The notes under the pieces are model-generated. The model was not told where the DNA came from, did no database searches, and was given only the letters and a program-made list of their open reading frames with translations. The position numbers and the translations under genes are program-made. A stretch of 62,601 bases of DNA, filler included, from Kipferlia bialata (taxonomy: Eukaryota): assembly GCA_003568945.1 (NCBI GenBank). It is 2 parts of 2 records of this genome, joined end to end, with 100 filler letters (N's around TTAATTAATTAA, not from the genome) between each part and the next. Parts side by side here need not be neighbours in the genome. Positions count along the whole stretch, not along the records: positions 1 to 31,271 come from BDIP01000109.1; 1 more part is not named here. One strand, given 5' to 3'. This document shows, piece after piece, positions 1-13,198 of this stretch (position 1 is the first letter of the stretch; each line of letters starts with the position of its first letter).

Positions 1-63
<63 letters not shown>

Positions 64-73
64 CTACCCCCAG

Positions 74-157
74 GTGTGTCTCTGCCATGACCTCTGCCAT
101 GCAGTCCACACCGGTCAAGGGCATAGGGGTGGGAAAGAAGTTAGAGGTATATATACA

Positions 158-194
<37 letters not shown>

Positions 195-640
195 AAGTGT
201 ATATATAGTGGTGTATTTATATAGTCTATGTCATGCAGTCCACCCCGGTCAAGGGCATTGGGGTCGGGAAGAAGCTGGAGGTACGCATACTCTTGATGTG
301 TCAACATATTATGTGTGTGTGTATATTCTCTTTGGCTTAACTATATTTGTTCTCACCTTCCAGGTCGTCCCTCCCAACGTCTCCTTTGCAACAACCCTGG
401 ACGCCATGCAGGTATGAACACCAATTGCTACTCGATACAAGATACGCGGAGGTGTCATTGTTTCCATGCACTCCTCACATAGTGTATGATGAGATATTAC
501 AAAATGTCTTTCCCACTCACCCTCTAGCAGCGTCTGCGCCCCACCGTTGACCTCATGTCTCTATTGTGCTGTGCATCTCTACAGCACAGGCACTTGGATG
601 TGCTGGAGAGTGAGACAGGACTGCCAGTGTTAAGGTACAT

Positions 641-671
<31 letters not shown>

Positions 672-1615
672 ATATGTATATATATGTATGCACCTGGATG
701 TGCTGGAGAGTGAGACAGGACTGCCGGTGTTAAGGTATCTATATATAATAATAGATACTATATAGATATATGTGAGAAGAACATTTACCTTGATGTGCTG
801 GAGAGTGAGACTGGGCTACCAGTGCTGAGTATATACATGTACTAACGTACATACTAGATGAGGTGACCCCCACCCAGATGGTCCATTAGGGATATGTATA
901 TTCTTATATATTCACTACGTCATACATCACGTATACATATATATATATATATGAATATACTAGTATTCCTTACTTCAGGCTTGATGAGGTGACCCCCACC
1001 CAGATGGTCCATGAGGGAGGCCTGGACCACTTGGAGGCCATCAGGGAGTCAGTGGCAACAGCCAACGAGGAGGCAGAGGTATATACACGGCCTAGTAGTA
1101 TATACATATATACTTATATATATATGTGTGTATATGACTGTCTGAAGGCCATCAGGGAGTCAGTGGCCACAGCTAACGAGGAGGCAGAGGTACAGTATAT
1201 GTCTATATATATTATAGTATACATACATAGTGTGTGCATATTATTAGAAGGCTATTGGAGAGTCAGTGGCCACAGCCAACGAGGAGGCAGAGGTATATAC
1301 TATACACTTGTATATATGTATGTACTATTTTCTATCCCTGTCACTCACTCTAGGTCGAGACTAGACTTGATGCCTGTGAGAAGGCCATGAACTCATGGAC
1401 CAGTGACATATGCACAGACAGGTGTGTGTAAATAATAGTAATACACACACATATAAATTTGTATACCTGTATATATGCATACTAGTATATATGTATATAT
1501 CTCTGTTAAGGCCATGAACTCATGGACCAGTGACATATGTACAGACAGGTATGTGTATATATACATTGGTATATATATATGCATACATATATAATTATAT
1601 TCATTTGAGTATAAC

Positions 1616-1646
<31 letters not shown>

Positions 1647-3190
1647 CTATATATTATGGTCATGAACTCATGGACCAGTGACATATGCACAGACAGGTGT
1701 GTATGTTTACACTTGTATATATATGTATATATGCATTCTCACCCTCTAGGATAGTTGACATTGCCGCCAGAGGCTTTGGCCCATGGGACCTCAGTGATGG
1801 AGGGTTTGCTCTACCTGCACACTTCTTTGAGACACTCAGGTACATTGACCCACATATATACCATATGTACATATATCCTCAACCACATCTATTGTAACAT
1901 TTATGGACACGTATACTAATTCACATTCTGTCAACCTTTCTTTCTAATCTCCCAGGTCCATTGCCCTGTATGTCCAGAGGGACGTGGGGTCCAAGTATGC
2001 CGCACCCATCACCACAAGGTACGTGTGTATCTACACATGTATAGCCAATTTGATTAGTTAGTATATTGTTTTAAATCAGTATTGCAGGAGTATTCATTGT
2101 AGTATATATAGGTATCTATTCATTCAATCTCTATATTATATACATATCTCACTACTAATTCATATCTCACTAATTTGTAATAAGACTTACCCCCCAGGGC
2201 CAGGGCCGTTGAGAACACCATGCTCTGGGCCATGCACTCAGGGTCACTACTGAAGTGAGTATTCTACTCTATGTGGTAGTGTATACTACGCGATTAGTAT
2301 GTACTATACATATACATACATATATGTCTATGCTCTGGGCCATGCACTCAGGGTCACTGCTGAAGTGCGTAGGTGTAATATATAGTATCTGTATTGTATA
2401 ATACATTGCATATATGTACATATATGTCTAGAACACCATGCTCTGGGCCATGCACTCAGGGTCACTTCTGAAGTGAGTATACTACGCGATAGGGCATCAT
2501 CTATATCTTACGTGATTGCTATTGACCTTACTCCCAGGTGTGCCCAGCAGTATATCTCAGTGGGCAGCATCTTAATGACTAGCTCCAGTGCACACAGGGC
2601 AGTGTACTCTGGCGCTATCAACAAGGTGCCTACATGTATTCATATCGCCTATATTCTCTCTGGTACTTCTTGAGTAAGAGTATCAATATATACCCGTCGC
2701 GTAGTATCTCACCCCCAGTGGTACTCTCTGCGCAAGAGTGTGAAGCGGCTTGCCAAGAGCAGACTGCTGGACGTGCTGATGGACACGGACTTCAGCGAGA
2801 ACGTGCATGCCATTGTGGCATCACTCTCACCTACAATTCAGGTCTCAGTGTTCATATTCATGTTTGTCTCCCCCTATTGGTATTCCTATCCTCCAGTGTA
2901 TCTGTCTCTCTCTCTCTGTCTCTCTAACCATAGACCCTTAGCCACCGTAGCATGCACGACACCCTCCTAGCCTCCAGTGGAGATGGCACCGAGACATCAC
3001 TGAGGGGACTCATGACTATACCAGCCAAGGCTACCTATATTCAGGTACTCTCTCTCTCTCTCTCTATCACTACGTGCATATCATTCTTACCCACTAGGCC
3101 ATTCAAATGCGCCATGTCCCCAAGACCATTCTCTCTCTCTCTCTCTCTCTCTCATGTATAGGCGCCTCAAATGCGCCCTGTCTCCAAGAC

Positions 3191-3235
<45 letters not shown>

Positions 3236-3272
3236 ATGTATAGGCCCCCCAGATGCGCCCTGTCCCCAAGAC

Positions 3273-3305
<33 letters not shown>

Positions 3306-3517
3306 ATGTATAGGCCCCTCAAATGCGCCCTGTCCCCAAGACCCTTCTCTCTCTCTCTCCCCCTCTCTCTAATGTATAGCCCCCCCAGATGCGCCCTGTC
3401 GCAACGGCCCTAGTTTTTGAATATATGTATATATTTATATATATATATGTGTGTGTGTGTGTAATCATCTAACCTCTAGGCCCCCCAGATGCACCCTGTC
3501 CCCAAGACCCTAGTTTC

Positions 3518-3549
<32 letters not shown>

Positions 3550-6500
3550 GAATGTGTACTCTTACCTCTAGGCGCCTCAAATGCGCCCTGTCCCCAAGAC
3601 CCTGGTCTCTCAGTGCAAGGAGGGGGAGATGTATGTCCCCTATGCCCCAGTCACACTCTTCAACGTGGATGGGTTCATAGTCGCTAAGGTGCACACTATA
3701 TGTTGACTATATATACAGATATACCGTATATGTAAGGTTGTATTCTAGGTATTTAACACCACGTCCCTGGTCAGAAGAAGTCCTCCACCTCCCACTGGTA
3801 TCTGTCCTATTAGAAGTCTATATTAGTATACTCTATCTATAACACTAGATCCCAGGCCATAAGTCCCCGACCACCCTAACAATCACTCTCTCTCCATCTA
3901 TAATAGACATATATATGGTTTGTAATTCTTTGTATCTAACACCAGGTTCCCGGTGTAAAGAAGAAGAAGTCCCCCACAACCCTTGATGATACCCATATAT
4001 ATATGTTATCTAACTATGCTATAAGATCAATGGTAATACTTACACCAGGTTCCTGGCATTAAGAAGAAGAAGTCCCCTACAACCTAATAGCATCTATATA
4101 TGTCTAAGCACTCCATTGGATCTATATACTGTAAGTACTCTGTTACTGATTACAGGTCCCAGGCCAGAAGAAGAAGAAGTCCCCCACCACCCTGGAGGAG
4201 GGAGATGAGGAGGAGGAGGATGTGTGGGAGATCACGGGTGTGACATCAACAACGCGCATAGCGGCGCAGGTACCTACTCTTTGCCATTCTCTCAATGTAT
4301 ATATTGATATGCATACACATCCCACCCCAGGCTGACCTTCTGCGACTGAGGGACAAGGTGCCTCTGTCAGAGGTCAGAGGCCTCATTCCAAGGTATACAT
4401 GTGTATACATATATATATCTACAGTATGTAATACATGTAAACTGATACATATACTCTATATATACATATATATACCATATGTAATGTACTATGTGTATAT
4501 GGACAAGGTGCCCCTGTCAGAGGTCAGGGGCCTGATTCCAAGGTATTCATATAAATATATATATATATACATACAGTATGTAATATACCATATGTATACT
4601 GTTTGGTGCCTCTGTCAGAGGTCAGGGGCCTTATTCCTAGGTACAATAGTGTATACATATACTATTTAGAGCCTCCCTGTGTGACACAGTAGCACACGAC
4701 AATGATAGTACCATGTATTCACTTTCTCACAACTACTGAATTTCTATATACTCTCTACTTCTTACACTTAGGGATGTGCGTGCATCCATGCGTGACTCAG
4801 TTATACATACCACTGGCTCTGTTATTCACATATACTTACTACATATACATATATATATACTAATCCCTAGGGACGTGCGTCAGTCCATTCGCGACTCTGC
4901 CATCTCCGACCTATATGTATATATATATACTTGTACACTATACTAGTATACTAATCTCCAGAGATGTGCGTCAATCCATGCGCGAGGCAGTAGTGCATGA
5001 CACCGACTCTGCCATCTCTGACCTGGAGGCAGATGAGATGGATGCATTCTGGACAGGACACACCTATCACGCTAAGCATACAGGTATATATACACTATGT
5101 ATATAGTGTATATAGTATATATAGTGAATATATATGTATGTATATAGGATGACCTAGGGGCATATGAGATGGAGGGGTTCTGGACAGGGCATACCTATCA
5201 CGCAAAGCATATAGGTATATGTATATAGTGTGTATAGTATATATACTCTGTATGAGATGGAGGCAGATGAGACGGAGGCATTCTGGACAGGACATACATA
5301 CCATGCAAAGCATACAGGTATATGTATATAGTAATGTCTGTACCAGTTGCTGTACAAAAGTATCTGGTACTGACCCCAGCCCTCAACGTGTATGTGCATG
5401 ACCTGCTGAGGAGGGCCACAGTGTATATAATATATACATATAAATATATACATTACATATATATATACAGCATATTAACCCCAGCTCTGAATGTGTATGT
5501 GCATGACCTGCTGAGGAGGGCCACAGTGTCACCAGAGGGGGTTGCATCATTGAGACACGCTGTGAAGGCAAGTATTATGTGTATAGTGTATACTATAGTA
5601 TATGTGTATAGCACTATATACATGGTGTCACCTGAGGGGGTGGCATCACTCAGACACGCTGTGAAGGTATATATATATACATGATATAGTGTACAATAGT
5701 ATATATATATATGGGTATATTAGGATGTAGAGTGTCACCTGAGGGGGTGGCATCACTCAGACACGCAGTGAAGGTATATATATATATATATATACACTAT
5801 ATATATACTATATATATTCTAAGTATATACTATATATTGTCAGAAGTGTATAATTAGATGTACAGTGTCACTCGAGGGGGTGGCATCACTCAGACACGCA
5901 GTGAAGGTATATATATACATATTAGTATGCAAGTAAATTTAACTCTCGTTATGTATATATACATTTGTATGTATTTACTGACCCCCAGGACATCCTTGCC
6001 CAGATACAGCTACCCGAGTACAGACAGGACAGGGCAGACGACAGGTATATAGAAATACATGATATGTATTACTATTTGTATTGCAGTGTATAGTATGGTG
6101 TGGTATATAGGATATTGTATCAACTGCCCGAGTACAGACAGGACAGGGCAGATGACAGGTATATATATAGTATATGTTTAGTATATATATAGTATAGGAT
6201 AGTATGTATGTATGTTATACAATGGTAACAGGGCAGATGACTTGTGAGATACATGTAAATATGTCCCGTATCTTGGACATACTATATATACATACACGCC
6301 ACTAATACTATATGTACTAAAATTGTCCGAGTGCACTACTCGTGCCCTAGTATATACCCATCGATATATATATATACACTAACAATAGATACCTCTGCGA
6401 GGTCCTTGTACCCGAGTGGACTACTCATGCTCTCTCTTTCTTTCTCTCTCTCTCTCTCCAGATTCAAAACCTCTTCTCACCTTAGGTATCTCTGCGAGGT

Positions 6501-7231
6501 CCTTGTACCCGAGTGGACCACCCGTGTACTTGGCAGGGTACAGGGTGACACGGTGCATGTGCCTGTGCTCAGTGTGCCATGTGTCTCTAGATACATGTTC
6601 CAGTCAAAGGTAAACCGCGTAACTATAGGATCGCGTAACAATCTTTGTGGAGTAGTGAGTATATTTTCAGTGTGCCATGTATGTCAAGATACATGTTCCA
6701 GTCAAAGGTAAACCGCGTATTATGTGTAATCGTGTAGTTTCATATAAGAAATAGTATATATACTATATATACTGTACACTAACTGTAGGCCCTCTGCTAT
6801 TCCTCTATGGGTGTGCACCACAGACACATTGTCAATGACTGGCTGGGGGCTGTCAATGCGGCAGACTTAGGGTCAGGTATACATACATACATACATACAG
6901 TATATACAATACATAGAGAGAGAGTGTGTATATTCATATATATTAGACACATAGTCAATGACTGGCTGGGGGCAGTGAATGCTGCTGACCTGGGATCAGG
7001 TACATGTATTGGGGATGTGTTTTCCAGCCATGCTGGTATATTCAGTGTGTGTCTCACATCCAGACGCGTATATGAGTATACGTGTGAGTTTACAGTTAGA
7101 GATTATATATCTAACCTCAGCTGCTGACACCGACCAAGCATCATCCCTCCTCGAGAGTGACAGAAGTACAGACCAGTTTGGAGCATTATTGGCAAAGGGG
7201 GTCACGCTAGGTATGATAGTAATGTGTATAT

Positions 7232-7269
<38 letters not shown>

Positions 7270-7330
7270 GAGCACAGATCAGTTTGGGGCATTGTTGGCC
7301 AAGGGAGTGACACTAGGTATGATAGTAATG

Positions 7331-7371
<41 letters not shown>

Positions 7372-10300
7372 TGACAGAAGCACAGACCAGTTCGGGGCAT
7401 TGCTGGCAAAGGGGGTGACATTAGGTATGTGTATATAGATAACATGGTAAGTGTCTATATCGTATTACTTATACAGACAATGTAGCTGAAGAGTATTCTC
7501 CTGTGCACCTCTCACCCCCAGGTGTCTGTAGTATATTGTATATTATATAATGTATATTGTATATTGTATTGTATATAGTTCCAATGTTTATCAGTATACT
7601 GTAGTATATATGTATATATGTGTATATGTCCACTCACCCAGGTGTCTGCAATGCAGTGGGTGCAGGGATAGGCAGCACGGGCAGATACATGCAGCAGGTA
7701 CAGCATACTCTATATACACACACATACTTATGTATTAGTGTATATATATACATCTATATACTGGGATAAGCAGCACGGCAGATACATGCAGCAGGTACCA
7801 TAAACAGGATACTTATTTACCCATGTATATGTTGATTGATTAATGTATGTATATATATATATGTATATTGTTATACTGAGAGGCAGCACAGGCAGATATA
7901 TGCAGCAGGTACAGCATATGATACGATATACTTTACAATACATATGCGTGTGTATTGTTATAATGGCTTAGGCAGATACATGCAGCGGGTGCCACATACC
8001 CTTTAATATATATGTATTTAATATATATGTAATAGTGTACTAATTATTCATATGCATGGCCCTTTGTCATTGATTATATCCTCTCTATCTCTCTCTCTCT
8101 CCCCCCCCCCCTCCCATCCCCCATCCCAACTCCCCATCTATTACTATCCAATATCAGCTTTGTCATGAGTTAGGCATGGCCCCCTTTGTCATGAGTGCCA
8201 ACCAGCACCCAGACCCAAGGTGTGTATATACACATATACATGCATATATGCATATATACCTAGTGTGATAGTATCAATGGTATATATACATGGCCCCCTT
8301 TGTCATGATATCCAACCAGCACCCAGACCCAAGGTGCGTATGTATGGATATATATGTAAATACATGATTGCTGTGAAGTTTGTGTTTGTATATGCATATG
8401 TCCTGACGCACCAGAATGATGGCTTGCACCATCTCCGACCTCCTAATGTGTACTGCATAAGTATATATACTACTTATGCTATACCTTACGATACTATATA
8501 CGATCTGTCCTGTAACTTTAACCCCAGAATGATGGCCTGCACCATCTCCAACCTCATACTGGAGGGGCACCTGGTCTACCTGATAGGGGTGGAGGTGAGT
8601 ATAAATATGGATACTCCATCATACAGCCTAGCAATTCTAGGCTAGCGTCCTAGCGAATATATATATGAACCATATATTAAATGTATGGTCCTACGTATAT
8701 GCATGTATACATGAATATATCACTTGTCTCACCTCCAAAAAGCCTTCCCTCCTTGCACTTCTGATATATGTATATATATATATACATATCAATTATAGTA
8801 TTGACTATGTACTATACACATCTCGTGTCTAACCCCCAGAATGCTTCTCCCGAACTCTTGGCCCTCCTCGTTGACATCACCAACACACTCAGGCTGGGTG
8901 GGGAGTTCCCATACGCCAAGGGACCAACCATACCACACGGGGAGGTACATACATATACACTTACATCTATATATTCATACTTGTGGTATACTTTGATTCT
9001 ATATATCATTGGAATTCCCATGCGCCAAGGGACCCACGGTGCCACATGGAGAGGTATACTTCTATTCTTATACTCTCTTGCTCTCTTTACCAATTGTAAT
9101 TGTACTGACTCCTCACCCCCCAGTCCCCTGACTCTGATCTGTGTGTTGTCAGGAACCCCCTTGGTAAGAGTGCCCCCCACCCATCAGAGCACACAGTGGG
9201 GGCACTGGCATTCTACTTGCCAGGTAACAATATATAATATATAGTATATATATAGTATATATATATTGTATAAATAGTATATTAATGTACATATATACAT
9301 ATGTGAGTGCACCCCACCCATCAGAGCACACGGTGGGGGCACTGGCACTCTATCTGCCGGGTATGATATATGTTCATCTAGTTCATTACTATTGTTCCTA
9401 CGTTTCCATATCGTTTCTTACCCTCAGTCCTGGTGCCTGGTCCCTTTGTGATACCCGACCACCTGCCCAAGGACTGTGCCATCAGGTATTTATATACATA
9501 CACACATTCTAATGGGTATATGTTTCATATTAGAATGATATTTAGACACACATGTATACAAGCATATATATGTAGAGAGAGAGTAGTGGTATTAACCCCA
9601 GATACATTGATGTGCGTCGCCCCCCCGAGAAGCTGAGGTTCATACCCAAGTGCACTGGAAGGCCATGCCTGGCACTGAGGTATCAATATATATATATATG
9701 TATATATATATTGATACTATGTACACATATATACAATGTACATATGTACTATATACTGGGGGTTCATACCCAAGTGCACTGGAAGGCCATGCCTGGCACT
9801 GAGGTAGAGATACCTAGTATATGTAGAGTATAGAGCACATATATGTGTATATATACGTTCGTATCTCACTTCAGGACCACCTGTGCAGCAGCCAAGCCCC
9901 AGATATATATAAATATGTCTAGAAATAGTATTCATATGTATAGTCTATCCATATATATATATATATACATGTATACATATACCTTACTCTCCAGGACCAC
10001 TTATGGTAGTATACATATATATATATATGTGTATACATACGTTCGTATCTCATTTTAGGACCACCTATGCAGCAGCCAAGCCCCAGATATTCCTGGACCC
10101 CTCTGACGTGGCCATAGCAATGCGGATTAGGTATATGACAGCAGCAACCTTGTACTCACATTTTGTTATGGGTTCAGATACTCTATATCTACCAGTGTGG
10201 ATATCTGCATTGTCTGAGTCCTAGGGACGAGGGTGACTATGAGTTAGGAAGTGACGCTAATGCTGACTCATATATATATATATATACATATGCTGCAGTA

Positions 10301-13163
10301 TATGTATATATATGTGCATAGTCTATGTCTAACAAGTAGGGATGAGGGTGACTACCTTGGTGGGAGTGATGCCGATGCTGACTCTGAGGCAGAGGCAGAG
10401 GGCGACAGCCCAGAGACTGCAGTGTACAAGTACCTGTCCATGTCATTCAGACCCAGTGACAGGTGTGTATGGTATAGTATATACATATATATCATATGTG
10501 TGAGACATATATAGTGAGTCTACAAGTACCTGTCGATGTCATTCAGACCCAGTGACAGGTAATAGTAGAGTGTATTACAGTATTAATATATATATATAGC
10601 ATATGTGTGAGAAATATATAGTGTACACAAGTATCTGTCAATGTCATTCAGACCCAGTGACAGGTATAGTGTGAATATATAGAATTTCATATATATATAT
10701 ATATTTACCTGTATATACCTGTCCATGTCATTCAGACCCAGTGACAGGTATAGTGTGAATATACATATATGTATGATATATATATATACATAGAGAGATT
10801 CATGACACATATCCACATACATTGAGAGGTGTTCATATTGCTGTGTAAATTCTCACTCTTCAGGGAAGGCCTGCTCTCTGCTGTGTCTGCTGCCTCTATC
10901 CTGATATATCACCTATACATATATAATATGTATATATATATATATCTTAATATAGTATATTACTACTTACTATCAGGGAAGGCCTGCTCTCTGCCGTGTC
11001 TGCTGCCTTTGGGTCATCCATAGACGGGGAGAGACAGGTATATATATACTAACATATATGTATACATGTATACATATATGTATATATGTATACAGTATCA
11101 GTTATGTACATGTATGGTGTCTGTAGCGTTTGGGTCATCCATAGACGGGGAGAGGCAGGTATGTATATACATATATATGTATGCATGTATTCAGTATCAG
11201 TAATGTATACATATATAGTGTCTGCTGCCTTTGGGTCATCCATAGACGGGAAGAGACAGGTATAAGCTCTAGACTCTAGTGTTTCAGTATACACTGCCCC
11301 CCCCCTGACACATGTTATATATTATATATAGTAGACTAATGCTAGGAACCTGTCCCTGACTATGGCCAGTCCCAGGGCATTCTGTCTGGAGAGGGTGTCT
11401 ATGCAGCCAAGTGGCTAAACGCACTGCTGGAGACACCGGATGCTAAGGTACCTCACTATCTATATATATATATACATATCAGTCTATGTGTCTCATACCT
11501 AGGTTCAGATTCAGCCTCCTGCATCACTGAGCTTGCCATATATCTACCTACATACATATCTATATATATATATATTTATGTGTATGTATAGTATATACTA
11601 ATCTCCAGGGCTGGATCCAGTCCCCCTGCATCAACACTGGCATTGTCATACACACACATATATATAAATAGTCTCTATTTCCCAATCCATATATCTATAT
11701 CTGCATTACACTCATCTCCAGGTCTGGATCCAGTCCCCTTGTATCAACACTGGTCTTGCCATTGTCCAACATGCAGCCAGGGAGAGTGGGGCATCTATTG
11801 ACTTCAGAAGGTGATTCACACAGATGACTTTATATCTATGTCTAAATGATTATGTATAAGATATATTAACTATTAGAGTATTTTTGTATATGTCAGGGAG
11901 ATTGAGGCCAGCATTGATTACTGGGATTACACATCTATCTCTATAAGTGTGTATCAATATCTCCATTCACTGACCCCAGACACCCCAATCACATTGTAGC
12001 TACATATGTAGCACATACCAGTACCACTATATCATATGCTATTATATATGTATCTATGTCACTGATTCTAGGCACCCCAGGTTGAGATGCCCAGAGAGAG
12101 ATGTTATATACATGTATAATCTAGTAATATACATGTATATATATATATATATATATATGAATATCTCTGATACTGACACCAGACACCCTAATGAGGTCGA
12201 GCTACCAGTATTGACTATAGGCGGCATGTGTATATGTAACTTCTATAATAGATTTGTAAATTTGGTGCCTAGTGTATTTACTGACCCCAGACACCCCAAC
12301 GAGGTCGAGCTACCACGCAGGGGACTCAAGTCAGCAGACTGGCAGGTACTGGTCTCTTACAGTACTTCTACACGATACATGACCAGCCACTTCTTAAAGC
12401 TTCACGATATGCATAGTCTCACCCCCTAGGTCATCGACATGAGGTTTGACACGAATGGCACCACCTGTGGATATGAGGCAGAGGAGCAGGTATAGATATG
12501 TACTATAGATACATAGTAGTATATACCCTATATATACAGTATATGTACTATTAATGTTTCTGTATCCCCTGTGGATATGAGGCAGAGGAGCAGGTATAGA
12601 TATTGATGTTTACCACATACAAATAGTATAATCTATAGATCTGTGCTTCTATAGATCTCTCACCTGTGGGTTCCAACTATATATAGTCGTCTACTCTTTG
12701 CTACTCACCCCCAGGTTGCACAGCTGTCCAGGATGTTCAGAGTGGCAGGGGGGCAGGTAGGATATATATATGATAGAGACCCTGTATATACCTGTGATAC
12801 CAATTCATACCATACTATATACTATATATACTCTATGTATGTCCAGGATGTTCAGAGTGGCAGGGGGGCAGGTAGGAAGAATACTTAGTATCTACAGTAG
12901 AGATACAGTATATAGTGTATGTATATATATACTATAATAACTATACTAAACATGTCCAGGATGTTCAGAGTGGCAGGGGGGCAGGTACTGATTGTGATGA
13001 TACGGTATCTCTAACATTTTTCGCCTTCAATTTCTTTAACTGCATATGTGTCCTTTTACAGGTTATGTGCCTAACATATCAGCGCAGCATCATGATCAGC
13101 CCGACCTTGCCTACCCACAACCAGTACATGGTGCACACACTCAGGTATGTATCGGCATACGTA

Positions 13164-13198
<35 letters not shown>

